Below, piece by piece: positions 37,870 through 51,700 of a stretch of DNA of 64,000 nt. This DNA is from Vicugna vicugna (Eukaryota). How positions within the stretch are numbered: the stretch's first letter is position 1; the number at the start of each line of letters is the position of its first letter. A program made the position numbers and the translations under genes. The notes below the pieces were generated by a model, which was not told the origin of the DNA, ran no database searches, and was given only the letters and a program-made list of their open reading frames with translations. The stretch covers positions 3,290,508-3,354,507 of the forward strand of contig MU058584.1 of the NCBI GenBank assembly GCA_013265495.1, given 5' to 3'.

Positions 37870-38510
37870 GAGATCTAGGATGGTGCTGCCCCTAAGCCTA
37901 GATACGAGGAGCCCTGCCTGGCCCTAAACATTGGGCAGGGAGTTTGTGGCACCAAGAGGAAGTGTCCATCTAGAACCTGTGCCTCCCCTTCTAGACCACC
38001 CTCCTAGTATCTGGGATCCAGCTCAAATGGCCCCAAACTTGCCTCCAGGTCCTATACAGCCCTTTTTCCCAGTTCATCTTCCTAAGGGAAGTCCACTTCC
38101 TAGCACACTGTGTGTCCACCCTTGGGTCCAAGACTGTTTGTTGGGGTTATGCATGAAGTTTGGACATACATGTGTTAGGTGTCCACATGCATATGCATGA
38201 TAGTCTGTATCTCAAAATGCTACAGAGCAAGGGGAAGGAAGAGAAATGGAACCAGGGGCTGAAGATCCTGTGCTGCTACATCTGGCACAGAACTTGGAGG
38301 AGCCCAAGAATTCTAAATGTGAACCCAGCTTTCCAGGTTGTTACGAAAATATTTCTGTCAAGGTCGGAGGATAGAACTTAGCATTCCGTGAGTCTGACTT
38401 TTACACTCAGATTCTGTTTGTTTGACTTAAAAGTAAAATTAATATTTAAAAATATGGTATGTGGGCCTTCATTCTTCCCCTGGACCCTAACAAATGTTAG
38501 GGATGGGTAG
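37870..38510 (-). mobile_element. hAT-Tip100 DNA transposon remnant (MER115/Zaphod-like)
   Basis: 'aagaattctaaat...tgtcaaggtcggaggatagaac...atatggtatgtgggcct...acaaatgttaggg' resembles the reverse complement of the recalled MER115 5' end. Confidence 0.6.
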
Positions 38511-41500
38511 AGGTGGGAGGTGTGCATCCACAGCTCTGGGACCATGGACAGCTCCAATCCTGACGTTTCTCTTTGGGTATCTGTGTTTTCACTCATATCC
38601 ATTTAGTCTTTCATGCTAAATGCTTTCAGAAACAGTGCTGCACCCACTTCTTACATCCACAGCATGAGGTGGATCTCATTCTACTTTCTGATACACAGTA
38701 AGGAACTTGCTCAAGGTCACACAGCTAGTGCTGGGCAGAATTAAGTTGTGAACCCAAGATCTGATTCTAAATCACGCATGTCCCCTACAGAGACTCCCTG
38801 GTACTAAGTCAGTGTTTCAAGGGCTCTGAAAAATAACAGTAACAGTCATGGATGGTATTAGCTGGCACACACTGCTATCACTGTACCTGTTCTTAAAATG
38901 CTAAAACATTTTGGGTACAATTGTTAAACAGACACTGCCCCCCGCCCCCACCACCAAGACCATCCTCCCTGGCTACCCAGGTTCCTCCTTGGGCCCTGGT
39001 TCCTTCCAAAATCCAACAACTAAAGGGTGAGTGCCAGCGCAGCAGAGGACCTCGGAGACCCTGCCTCAGTTCTTCAGCTGGTTCAGTCCTGGGCACATCA
39101 CAGGCCCTGTTCTGAGAGTCTGGGTGCCTCAGTGAGCCAACTCTTAAAGGAACACTGACCACCGTGTGAACTTCGCTGCACTTGGATGGTAGAAAAAGAG
39201 GCCCCTACCTTCTCTCTTTATGTCATGGCTCAAACCTGCAGAGTCAGGAAGGTGGAAAGTTTAGTGAAAGAGAACACCGCGCTTTCTGAGAATTCAGGCT
39301 TTTCTTCTCCTTCTAGCACTGAGAAGAGCAATGTGCCCACGTCCCAGGAAGCCTCCCTCTCAGCAGTGCCCAGCATCTTTCCTCCCCTCCAACCAAACCA
39401 AAAGAGGCGCTGGAAACAGCAGTCCATGGCAGCCAGAGAGGGTGAGAGGGAGTGGATGGCAAAAAGTTCCTTTGGAAGGAGCAGGAAGGACAGGGCTCAG
39501 GGCTGAGGTGGGAGGTGGGTGGGGGGAAGCAAGAAGGGGTGCAAAGCCCATGCCCTGTGTCACCCAGGGCGTCACAAAGCCTGCCGCCCTGGGCAGCCTC
39601 CCAGCCTCCTCAGGCACCAATCCCAGCCCCAGGGCTGGCTCTCATCCCGATTCTCAGATGGCCTGCACCATGATTACAGAGTAAGTTTTAAAATTAGGTT
39701 TTTCCTCATTCTGCACTGTTTATGTCAGACTCTGAGAAGCCTGTAAATACCACCCTCCCACCTCTCCCTCCGCCCCCTTCCTTCCTGACCACATCCTTTT
39801 CTTTCTGGCACACAGGGAGGCATTTTTTCCCCCACAGCAGAAAAGACAATTTCCAGCGTTTTTAGAGTCATCAGTATTGGGCGAGGCTCCATGTTTAAGT
39901 GAAAGGCTTCTCTTGTCAACCACCGTCATGTTCTGTTTAGACTGCGTTTCTCCAGCACTGGAGACAGTTTCTCAGTATGTATTTACCCTTCACCACTTAG
40001 AGGTCAGTTCACTCTTAGAACCCCCTGTCCTGGCTGGGTTCTCAAGCCTCTGCTGGCTTGTCCTATTTGACAGCCCTGAGGTCTTGGGTCGGCGGCCAGT
40101 TTTCTGGGTCATGTCTGAGAATGGCTGGCCTCCGACTCCAATTCTGAGCTTCCTAGAGTAAAGTGCCTCTCCCCACACAAGAGAGTCGTGGGATGGGGCA
40201 GCCTCACCCACAGAGCATCGTCATGCACGCCTCCGGGGCAGGAATGCGGGCCCAGGCTGTGTCCCTCACAGAGCTGGCCAGGCCCGGGCCCTGTGCTAGG
40301 CATGTGGGGGTCTGTGCCCAACCTCAAGGAACTCATAGCCTTCCTGAGGTGACAGGCCAGAGCTCCCGATGGGTAGGAAACCAGAATCTGTTTTTTCTAT
40401 CTGTGTGGCCACCACCCTGCTCCTTGCCATTTCTCCTCTCTCCAGGACACTGCAGTGACCCCCTGGCTTGGCCCCCATGTCCAAGCTTGCCCTGCCCCGC
40501 CATAAGCCACAAATGTGGTTTTTAAGAACTGTAGTCAGATCATGCTCTACCTCTGAAAACGCCTGTGAAGACTTCTGTACTTGACAACACGCACGCTGCC
40601 TTATGAGGTCCCTGCCGGTTCTCTGGTCTCATCTCCACCACCTCCCCTGGCCCCTTATACTCCAGCAACATCGACCTTTTTCATTCTGGAACAAGAAAAG
40701 CTCTTTCCCACCTCTGGCTTTGGACTTGCTGTTCCCTTTGCCCAGAACCCTCTTCCCCCAGCTCTTCCAATGCTTGGCTCAATTTCATCCTCAATTTGCA
40801 GCCCAAAGTCACCTCCGGAGAGGGGCCACCTGACTGTGTGCAACTTTCAGTGTGTTGCATTTGCCTGTTTCCACCCATCTCCCCACCAGACTGTGGGCAT
40901 CTCGAGGGCAGGCCTCGCTATGCCTCCAGGGATGAGCCCAGCGAGGGACCTTCCTTCAAGCTGCTGCAATGAGTACAGCGAGTGTTTCTGGCAGAGCAAG
41001 AAGAGCTGACTAGGGAGGTTAGTTCCAGAGGGCAACAAGGGAAATGAGACAGGAAAGGCAGGTCTAGAGTCCAGGGGAGAGGCCTGATGTGACTGCCAAA
41101 GGGATGTGAAGGGACGGGATGCAGACACATGGGGACCAGTGTCCTGGGGGCTCCCGGCTTGCAGCTGAGTGTCCTCCTTCTCGTAGTGGGCACTGCCTGT
41201 GAGTCCAGCCCCCCAGGTGCTGGGAGAGGCCGTAAGGGCCAGGTGGTGAGGGTGCACAGTCCCACCGTGGCAGAAAACTGCATCCTCAACTTCCATGCCT
41301 AGAAGCAGACAGATGGACAAGAGAAGAGGGAAAGCGGACATGTGTTTTTATTTTCTTATTTTGGAATTCTGCTATTACAAGTAGAATCTTAGTTAACATT
41401 GAGAAAACACATCATTGGCTGGAGACGCCAAAATGTTCGGTGGCTATCTAGGAATTTAAGATTACGGCTATTTTCCTTCTATTTTTATCTTGTATGTATT

Positions 41501-44500
41501 CTCATTTAAAAAGATAATTTGTATTTATTTTGCAATGCAAAGTGATGAGTTGCGTTACAGGACTGCATATCATGAGCAGAAAGCATTTTGGAGGAAGGAA
41601 GAAGTGGCTGCATAATGTAGGTTTAGCCGAGTGGGCAGGCCAAGGGGTGGCTGGAGGCAGTGGGAGGAGCTTACACCGGCCTGGGTGCAGCTCTGGACAG
41701 CACCACCTGCTGGCCATACGGCTTTGGACAAATGGGCCTCCTGGGGCTTTAGTTTCCAGTAATAATGAGAATGATAATAAAACCTACCTCGTTGTTTTTT
41801 TTAGAAACAAATGAGAAAGCCTATGCAAAGCAACCTCGACAGTGCCTGGCACATAGTAGGTGCTTTACCAATGGGAACTATCATTACGGAGATTGCTCGT
41901 TCTGGGAGAATGTTGACTGGCTGGAACCCAAGCATTTTCAAGGGATAAGAGCCACTTCCTCCTTTTACGCAGGTGTCGTGGGCACCTGGGTATCTCTCTT
42001 CCATTCTGACCAAGTAACAGGAAGGCAGATGGCCACACTTCATTACAAGATGGGGACACTGAAGGAGACAAGAGAGATGCTCCATTCATGACACTCACCA
42101 AGAAAGATGCACACCACATATTCACTTCACAAGGGTTTTTGAGCTCCTACTTTCTTCCCAACACTGAGTTACATTTTGTGGATAACACAGAGGACATAAG
42201 ACATCGCACCCTCTGACCCTCAAGTTTTGCATATGATTCCATGGGAGAAGGGCTTCGCGTCTAAAAACACCTGCTCTGGAAGCGACTAGCCTGGCCGGAG
42301 ACCACTCTTTAATGCTCTTCTGGGATGACTTTGCGGCTACCTTCTTCAGCTTGGGCCCTTTCACCCTCTATTTTCTCATCTATAAAACTGAGAGTGTGGA
42401 ATGAAGAACCTCATGAATAAGGCTATGTCTAGCTCCTATATTCTTTGACCAAAGACCTCTGTCCTTGTGCTGATGGCCAGTGGGATTTTCAGAGCCACAA
42501 AGGTAGACATTCTGGTTTCAGAAGAGAAATTCCCTAGAGCTCCTACTGGAGCCTAGAATCTGGGAGCTCCTGTGACAATGGAAGCCCTCTGACGCTGTGA
42601 ACACCCACCCTCTTTCTTTGTATTTTTTCCTCTTGTTCCTTGTCCTTGACTGGGAGGAGGCATGGTTCCCTTATTTCTTTCTGTATTATTCTAGTGGGAT
42701 TCCTAGTAAGGAATCTTCTGGCGGATCCCTGGAGGAGGACATCTTGAGGTCCTCCCATTTACCATGTCTCTGAGAGCCACAGTCTGGCACTGCACGCTCG
42801 GCAGTCTCATTGACTCTTTTAGCACAGAACATCTGCAGCTTTAACTGTTGTTCATTGAGACAAGCTAGTTTTCTGTGGGCTGAATCTAATGGCAGTAAGT
42901 GTGTCTGATGAAGACAATGTGAGGAAGGTTGGCCAAGGGCCCTGGGCAGGCTCAGGGAGGGGACAGCACTCTGCCATCTGGACCTGGCATGGATGGAGGC
43001 CGGGGCCAGAACTCAGAAGTCTTCTTATCGGTGGGCCTGGACAGCATTTGTGATTTCTTCCTATCTGATTTGGGAACCATTTAAGGATAAAGATTCTTCA
43101 AGGTCAAGGTGATTTTGGTAAGGACATGATTACCAAATCCTCCCCAAGATGAACAGGAAATCACTAGATATTTACCACCTGGATAAATAAATGAATGAAT
43201 GAACCAGAGCCGGACTCCTTGGGGACAAGTGTTCAAGGAGCCACTTACTGGTATCAGAGAGCATTCTTACCCTTTCCTGCCTCTGGTTACAGAGGTCTTG
43301 GCAACCCAGCGAGAAGTGACCATGACCTGGACATGTCTGATATCATCTTGTTTAAACCTAGCTCCTCTGATCAGAACTGCCTGAGGCTCTTTGATCCCAA
43401 CCTGGGAAAGAGAGAAGATGGCCCTCTTCCACTCCCGCCCACCCATCAGCTAGCCACGTGGAAGGGCCCACAGGTCTGTGACTGCTTCGAAGGACTAGAA
43501 TCAGGGAGGCAGACAGAGAGGCAGACAGACCAGGGGAAAGGCTGATAGACCCTGATCTGGGTCACTGAGCCAAGGTTGGGGCTCAGGAGTCACCCAAGGG
43601 TCTGGGTACCGGGGATGTGGTCAGTGCAGGTCTGGGGTGGGGGTTCTTTGGCCTCAGCAGCCTAGAGGCGCCTGAAGTCTGGAAACCAAGAAAATAAAGT
43701 CAAAGTCAAAGATCTATTTACTGGAGCAAGAACAAGAGCAGGGGAATCAGACTGAGCAAAAGAGCTGTGGTGACAAGGTTGAGAAGATCCAGGCAGACAG
43801 AGGACAGACTCTCCGAAGTCGGGTATTATTAATCCTGCTACAGTAAGAGCCACAAATATTTACTGGGGGCTTACCATGTGCCAAGCATTCTATTAAAGGC
43901 TTGACACAGGAACTTCAAAGGACACACTATTACTCTCTCCACATTTTTTTTTTTTTTTTGCATAAGGGAACTGAGGCCCAGGTTAAATCACTTGGCAAAG
44001 TCACAAAGCAAGTAGGTGGCCCCGAGCTGGTAGGAACCTGACTCTCCAGCACCTGGACCCACCTGTTGCTCAGACCAAAGGCGGCTGGCAAAGGCTGTTG
44101 CTCAGAACCAAAGGCTGACTTGGGTCCCCTAACCTGATTTCCCCACCGTCCCCAAAACACTGGTTCTCTGTACAGGTGACACTACAGCTGAGAGGAGTTC
44201 CCAGAAGAGGCAGGAGGATGGGACTCTGCCGGGCTCTGGCTGCTGGGAGCGGTCCTCTCTCACGGCCACAGGGCGGGGTGTGGGGGGAAGACTGAAACAG
44301 CATCAGGAGAATGTGGGAATGCCCGTTCCCCTTCTCCCAGCTGCCAAGTACTTTTGCTGCTTCTTCGGGGAGCTCCCAGTTCCCACCAGATAATGGCCAA
44401 GGAGGGGGAGGGGAGGGGTGGGGAAGGGTCAGCTTCATTAGGCTAAGCCGAGGAGGGAGGCAGACACAAGGTCGCAGAAGGGACCAGGCTGAGGATGGAG

Positions 44501-45427
44501 GTGGAGTCATCTAGCCTCACAGACTTTTAAAATCAGAGTTTATCGCTTTCATTAACTTTCCACTGCGTGTTCTTCACACGCCACGTTTCACTGCATGCTG
44601 AGCAGGGCAGCAGATGCGGGGAGTTACCAGCAGCAGAGAAGCTGGGGGAAGACAACATGAGGATGCCGGTGGCAGCTCAGTGTGTGTACAGACAGCAGGG
44701 CGATGAAAATGGTTTATTAGATAGGTCCCTGCTTGGCACACAGAAGGGGCGCCTGTGTGCAGGGAGTGGAGGTGCACACAGATGTGAGCACAGAGGACTT
44801 CACATGGGTATTACCACACTCTCTCCCACTAGAGGGAGAGAGATCCCACAGCATCTAGGCATGTCCAAGCGCCCCCCCACCACCACCACAGGCACATCCA
44901 GGAGGGGTGCCCTCCTCGGGCTACGGTCGAAGTAAGTGCATCACACACTTACTCTCCTTGAATCTGTAACAACAGTAGCAAGTGGATTCTACTATTACCA
45001 CCCCATTCTGCAAAGGGGGAAACTGAGACACAGAGAGATTTAGTGACGCCTGGGATCACGTGGCAGGGAAGCCGTGGAGCCAGGATTCGCACTGGAGCAG
45101 TCGCTTCCACGGCCCTTATTTAAGGACTCTTAAATAGGGTCCCTGCTCTCCAGGGACAGAAGGACAGTATCATTTCTTGACCTCCTACTATGCTTCAGTC
45201 ACCATGCTAGGTACTTTGTCAACTTGTTTGATCTTCATAACTGTCTTTATGAAGGACTTAGAAATGCAGCAACTTAGATGGAGAGACGTTAGGTAACCTG
45301 CCTATATCCTCCCAGCTCTGAGGTGCCGAGCTAAGATTTAGCCCAAGAAATATCCTGCACTCTTTCCTCTAAACTCGCTGCCTCCCATATAACTGTGTTG
45401 TGTTTTCAACTTTAAGAAATTATGATA

Positions 45428-45759
45428 CAGCTGGCCCTCGGTATCCAAGGGTTCTGTATCTGCAGATTCCACCAACCGCGGATTGAAAATATTGGGGAAA
45501 AAACTCCAGAAAATTCCAAAAAAGCAAAACTTGAATTTGCCCTGTGCCCTGGCAACTATTTACGTAGTATTTACAACTATGTACACAGCATTTACATTAC
45601 ATTGGGTATTATAAGTAACCTAGAGATGATTTAAAGTATATGGGAGGATGTGTGTGGGTTATATGCATGTATTTTATATAACGGACGTGGGCATCCATGG
45701 ATTTTGGCATCCTCTGGGGGCCCTGGAACCAATTCTCTGTGGATACTGAGGGACAACTG
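45428..45759 (-). mobile_element. MER2B (TcMar-Tigger MITE), full length
   Basis: Terminal inverted repeats 'cagctggccctcggtatcc' and 'ggatactgagggacaactg', TA target-site duplication at 45426-45427 and 45760-45761, internal 'aaagcaaaacttgaatttgcc' and 'ctagagatgatttaaagtata'. Confidence 0.9.
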
Positions 45760-48700
45760 TATCGATGCCTCCTGCCTCCATCTGCTTTGTCTGTCGATTG
45801 TTTGATTAATTCCTTTAACACGTAATTTTTGAAGTCCTTCTGTGTCCAAGGCAACATGGGGGAGGGGACACAATGCCCACGGTGACCTTGTTCCTGGTGG
45901 GTGTGATAACCTTGATGCATGAGGAAGGTGAGGAGTCCTGCTCAGGCCCGAGAACCTTCTGGGGGTGCTGGGGATGGTGGAGGGCCCTTGTTCTTAATAT
46001 TTTATTCTTCTTGATGCCATGTAAATGCGGTTGTTTTACCAATTTCCTTTTCACATAGTTCGCATATCAGTGTATTAAAATGCAACAGATTCAGGGAGTG
46101 CTGATGTCTGCTGCTGTTTCCTTCCGCACCCTGGGGAAGACGGCTCAGGAGCTGGCCTGGCTTGGATGCTTCAAGCCACTTGTGCTCAGGCTGTTGGTCA
46201 CCTCCATCAAACACCCAGGGGACTGGCTTTTGCCCTGAGATGTATCATCTCTGCTCCGATGATTCTGGCGTCAGCCTGCGAGCCAGCAGGGGAGCTGGCT
46301 TGCAACACACGCCTCTGGAACCTCACGCTCTTTAGATGTTCAGTCGAAATCAGGAGCTTTATGACTCCTCCTTTATCCGGGAGCCCATCAAAGCCGTGTG
46401 GGAGCTGCTGTGGATCCAGAAGGAACACCAGCATCACACACTGCGAGTCAGAAGATCCAGGTCCACATTCCTGGCTGTCACCCAGCTGCTTGACTCTCAT
46501 GAGTTACCCTGTGACTCTCCCAGGCCTCAGTTGCCGGAGATGTAAAATGGACATCATAACACCCCTGGTGGAGCCACCATGTGGTCTGCATGAGAAGCAG
46601 GTGGAACGTTAGGTTTTATGCCCATTACAACTCCCAGGCTTTGTCAATTAACTTCCAGCTACAGCCAAGAAATTTCCACACTGTGAGCCTCTGTGACGGG
46701 TTTCTTGGCCAGTCTAGCCCACCTGACTTCTGGAGGGCGGTGTGACTTCTCCCCAGGTGCAGGGGCAGAGAAAGAAGACGCTGGATTAATCTAGGGTTTG
46801 GCTTGGCTAGGTAGGTGGCCTTCCCAGTTTACGACTCTTCAAAGGCTTCCCATCACAAGTAGGATAAAACCCAGACCCCCTCACTTGCTCCACACAGCCT
46901 GGCCTAATCTGGCCTCTGACTCTCTCTCCAGCATCATCCCACAGTATACTCCCCGTGCCTCTCAGCTCTCCATCCCTGCCTCAGGGCCTTGGCATATGCT
47001 GTCGGGAAAGCACTTTTCCCCACTGTTTACATGGATAGCAGAACAAACCTTAGCTCTAAGTGCAAGTATTGCTTCCTCTGGGAGCTTCAATAATCAGCAC
47101 ACATCCTCCCTTCCCCAATACGGAACTCAACTAGGTCTCTCTTATAGAATCCTGTTCTTTTCGTGATTCATAGACCATACTGCTGGTTGCAATTACATAT
47201 GTCTGAGCACGTTTTTGATTTAATATCTGTCTCTTTATGTGGACTGGAACATGTCGGCTCTGATTACTTTTATAGAGCCAGTACCTGCCAGGGTCTGGCA
47301 CACGGTGGCATTTTATAAACACCTGGAAGGAGTGAACATCTGCAGAAGAAGCAAGAGGATGGAGGATACTGGAAAGAGAGTGATGATGAGATGTGCCTGA
47401 GAGGTAAGGAGGCAGGGAGGAAGGAGTGGACTCTGGAGACGGAAGAATGAGTCCAGTGGAGTGCTTGAGAGGGACTGTTTGAATTTAAGATGTCAGAGGA
47501 GCAGCTTTGAAGGATGGTCTGTTTGGGGCTCCCAGAAGGGGTACATGCTGCCTCGTGATGTAGTCTCGTGCAGTTGGCGCATCCAGAGAGCCCCGGGAGC
47601 TGGGAAACAGACCAGGAAATGGGAGAGGGAGGGCTCCGTGGAGGGGCCCACGTTGCCCAAGACCCTGTCGCACGGGGCAGCCCCACCCTCCAGCCGTCCA
47701 AGGGAGTTGGGATTTCACATGTATCCCTTGGACACAGCAGGAGGGAGCTCCCTCTGGGAGGCAGGAGCCTTTGTTAATGTAACCGCAGCAGGAGTTAGAC
47801 AGCAGCTTTTCCTCATGATCCAGAGCCCTGTGTCCAAAAACGCTGTGTGGACTCCGTGAGACTCAGCTCATGCCATCCCTGGCCCACACTGGGGCTCTTC
47901 GTTCTGGTGGCAATGACAAAGTCGAACAGTCCAGGCAGGGATGGAAAGCAAACCGGAAGCTGGTAATAGCCTCTTGCAGAAGCAGCTCTTTTATAATCCA
48001 AAGGTTCATACCAAGGTCAGTTACACGAGGCTCCTCCTGTCCCCTCCAAGGCCTACAATTCTTCTTCCCAGGGTCCACTTTTTGACTCTCACGTAGGTTG
48101 AAAGATGGCAACCTGAAAACTGGGAAACAGGAAGCCCTGTCCTGCATGCATCACTCTTTGGGGTCCCTGAGCACAGAACCGTGGGGGTAACTCTCCATTT
48201 TCCAAGCCAGCACCATCATAACCATCACAGCCCATTCTGCCCCAGGGGCCGGGTAGATCAATACCCCAACTCCTGAAACTGACCCTCAGGCAGCAGGAAG
48301 ATTGGGCTGCAAAGGCAAAAGTCATCAGGAGAAGCAGGTGCCGTGAGCAAAGGAGGCGGCCACTGTGATGATGACAGCAGGGTAAGAGCCGTCCACATTC
48401 ACAGGTTAAGTCCATCCTTCTCTGGCTACAGCTAGCCTCACTGAAGGGGATCAATCATCAAAATCAATAATGAAGAAAAACCACCCTAGAGATCTGGCTC
48501 ATTTCACATCAGTTCCATGATTTCTTGAACCCTTATCATGTGCCTGGCTCTGCCCTGGGACATCAGAGGACGTCAGGACTCATAAGACAGGGTCCCTGCC
48601 CTCAGGGAGTGTCGACAGTATTCAATACAATGTGGGATATTTGGGGACAGAGACATTTGGGGACATCACGGGGGCAGCAGCGGTTCGGCTCGGGAGAGGA

Positions 48701-51700
48701 TGGTGGTGGTGATATCAACAGCCATGGCTGAGGGAGGGCCCCCCCTGTGCGGGCATCGCTCACAGCCCTTCACATGCATGAGCTGATTAATCCTCACAGC
48801 CACCCAGTGAGGTCAGAACTAGCCTTGTCCCCATTTTAAATGGGAGGAACTGAGGTCTGGGGAGGAAAAGAAACTAGCTTAGGGTAATGCAGGATTTGAA
48901 TGCAGGCCAGCTGGCTCCTGAGTGGAATCTGGGTAAGGAGTGGACAGCAACAGAGGAGGCAGTGTGGACGATGGGCTTAAGGCATCGCATGGGCAGAGAC
49001 GGTAGAAGAAGTAATTTTTGTATTACATGAACATAATGGGCTGAGAGTGAGGGAGGACAAGGCTGAAGGGGAGGTGGTGGCCTTGACAACTGTCCCCCGG
49101 GGCTGTCTAGTCAGGGCGGTGCAGGTAGGTGAGGTCTGAAGCATGATTCGAGGGTCGTGTCCCCTCCTCCTGCCATGGAGATGCTCCACAATGTTTGGTG
49201 CCTGAATGAACGGGAAAGTAATCACAGCCAAATGTCGCCTTAGCATTCTCCTTTTCACAAAACACTCCTCTTATAAATGAGCTCATTTAATCCTCACGAT
49301 AATCCCCTGAAGGAGACAAGGTGTCCTCCACGGTGCAGACAGGGAAACCAAAGCTCAGAAGGGCTAACTGATTCTTCTCAAAGTCCAACAGTCAGGAAGC
49401 AATGGAGATAGGTCTTGAGCCTACATCCACAGTCTGTGTGTTTTCTGCCACATTCCCTGCTGCAAGGTGGCTGGAGAACCCAGAAACTCTGTGGTTGACC
49501 CAGTTGAGCTACCATTTTTCTGAAAGACAGAAAGTAAGGGAGCCTGATTTATCAAGAGCCTATTTTTCTGAAGAATTTTCCAGAACTTGGCTCTCAGGGA
49601 GAAAATCTGTCCAAACTGTAATACACTCGGTAAACACGAACCAGCAATAATTAGCTAATGAGCTACCATCGATGCTAATTATCTGCGCCAAAGGAGGCGA
49701 GCACCGATGAGGGGGATTAAAACGCTGGGGGGAAGTGTCCCTTGGATGGTGGGGCCACTGCCCTGCTTTCCAGCAGGGGTCCCAGGCTGGCCTGCCCTCC
49801 ATGCAGTCTGCGCTCCAAGTCTGCATGGTGGCCCTAATCCTCCCCTCTCAGGGGTCTGGTTAAAGGGGCCCCTCCAGGTGGTCAGTGGCTCCATCTCCCC
49901 TCCTCCTCCTGCCCAGTTAGTCCCGCTTGGCCTCTTCTCTTCTGCAAGGCTCACTTCCGGTTCTCTGCCTAGTCTCTGCTCATGAGTCTTCACGCTTCAA
50001 GCTTTCTGTTCTTGTCACCAGGATGCAGACCTTGCTTCTCCTTCGCTCCACGCTCCTCAGCTGCAAGCCATCCTTGCCCACCCAGAACTCCGGTCCTGAT
50101 TCTTGGGACCCTGGGCCATGGGTTCCCCAAAGTGAATTTTGCATACAAAGCAGAATTTTTGTTTTTTTTTTTAAATATATATCCAGTTCCTTAAAGTGGG
50201 GCACGTCTGTTTGTGAGAAATGACCCAGAAAAGGTATTGAGCAGAAAGGGGTGGTGAGAAGACACGTCCAAGTCATGTCTCAGGTCCAGTAGTGAACAGT
50301 GGCCATGAACAGCAGGAAAAACATTAATTTTCAAGCAGCTATCCTAAGTTCCCACCCTTTCCACTCCTCTTACCAAGGAAAAGGGGGACCTCATGGGGAT
50401 ATCATCACCTTTTATTTCCTTTCCCCTGGGCCAAAAGTAGAAGGAAAGAGATGGAAATGTCCCTCCCTACTGGGCGAGGCCTGAAGGGACCCAGAGCTCA
50501 CAGACTCCCTCTGAAATCAAGGGCTTGCTTGCCCTGTTCTCCATCAAATATCTTTCTGGCCCTTCCCACATGTAAAGACTCTAAGAGACTGAACTTGTGC
50601 CATGTGAACAGAGGACAAACGCATGAGAGAAAAGTGTGTCAGAGCAATTCCTGGCAGAATAAAAGAATCCTCACCAGCAGAGACTTCTCAAGGGCCCGGC
50701 AACGGCAGACAAGCGGGTCACAGGGAAAGGGCTCTTTACTATTTTATTTAAAGAAAGCGCAAAAACGAGCAGGTGTAGATTAGGCGCGGAGGTGAGGCAG
50801 GCATTGATTTTCAGGAAAAATTTGATGCATCCTGATTGGCTAGGATGCTTTAAGGACAGGGCTGCTGGGAAGGGAAAATGCGTATCTTGGGAGCGATGAC
50901 AGTGCACAGGGGAGAGGTGCACAATTCCCTGGCGAACAGGGAAGGGGGACACACAGGGAGTGTGAATGAGTGCACGTGTGTGTGTGCGTGTGTGTGTATG
51001 GCCTGGCATTCACGCTTTATAGAGCCAGAGTCCAGCACAGAGAGGGTAAGCAGGAAGCTGTGATACAGGGCTGCTCTCGAGCAGGGGGCACTGAATTCAG
51101 CCCCAGAGCAGAAGCCATCTGAGGGGGACTGTGTCTACGGAGATGCTCACGCCCACAGCCAAGAGGAAAATGCTGGCAAACGAAGAGCAAACAGGAGTGG
51201 TGGGAATGAAAGCCGAGTTGGTCCTGATGGAGTGGGAGGCTGCAGCTGGGAGTAGGGGACGGAAGGGGAAGGCCACCACCGACCCGCTGTGGAGGGAGGG
51301 AGAGTCCTGTGCTCCCCGTGGGAGTCAGTCTCCATGCCCTTGCCGGGACCCCCCGCCCCCCACCTCGGCAGTGTGCATGCCACGCTGACATCTGCTGTCT
51401 GTCAGAACACTGCAGCGGGCATTTTTCCCATCAAGGTGGACCCAGCGCTGCCCTTGGCCGTGCTGCACTGAGGCTGCAATGAGTCTGTGGATTCCTGCTG
51501 TCATGTTCTGTCAGGGCAGAGTTCCCTCCGCTTCAAACAGTCTGTACTTAGAAGGTTGACGGTGCAGGAATGTCCTGTGCATGCGGGGACAGAATGTGCC
51601 TTCATCCTTCTGCAGTGAGCGTTCTGGCTCTGTACGGATGCTGCCGTGAATTGAAATGGTCACATATTCTGGAAGGAGCCCTGGGAGGAGCAGAGGATGG

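Noticed and set aside
44826..44840. CTCF-like motifs (ccactagagggag here; also near 2895 and 52120)
   Set aside because: Only partial matches, and such hits are expected by chance in 64 kb without PWM or ChIP support.
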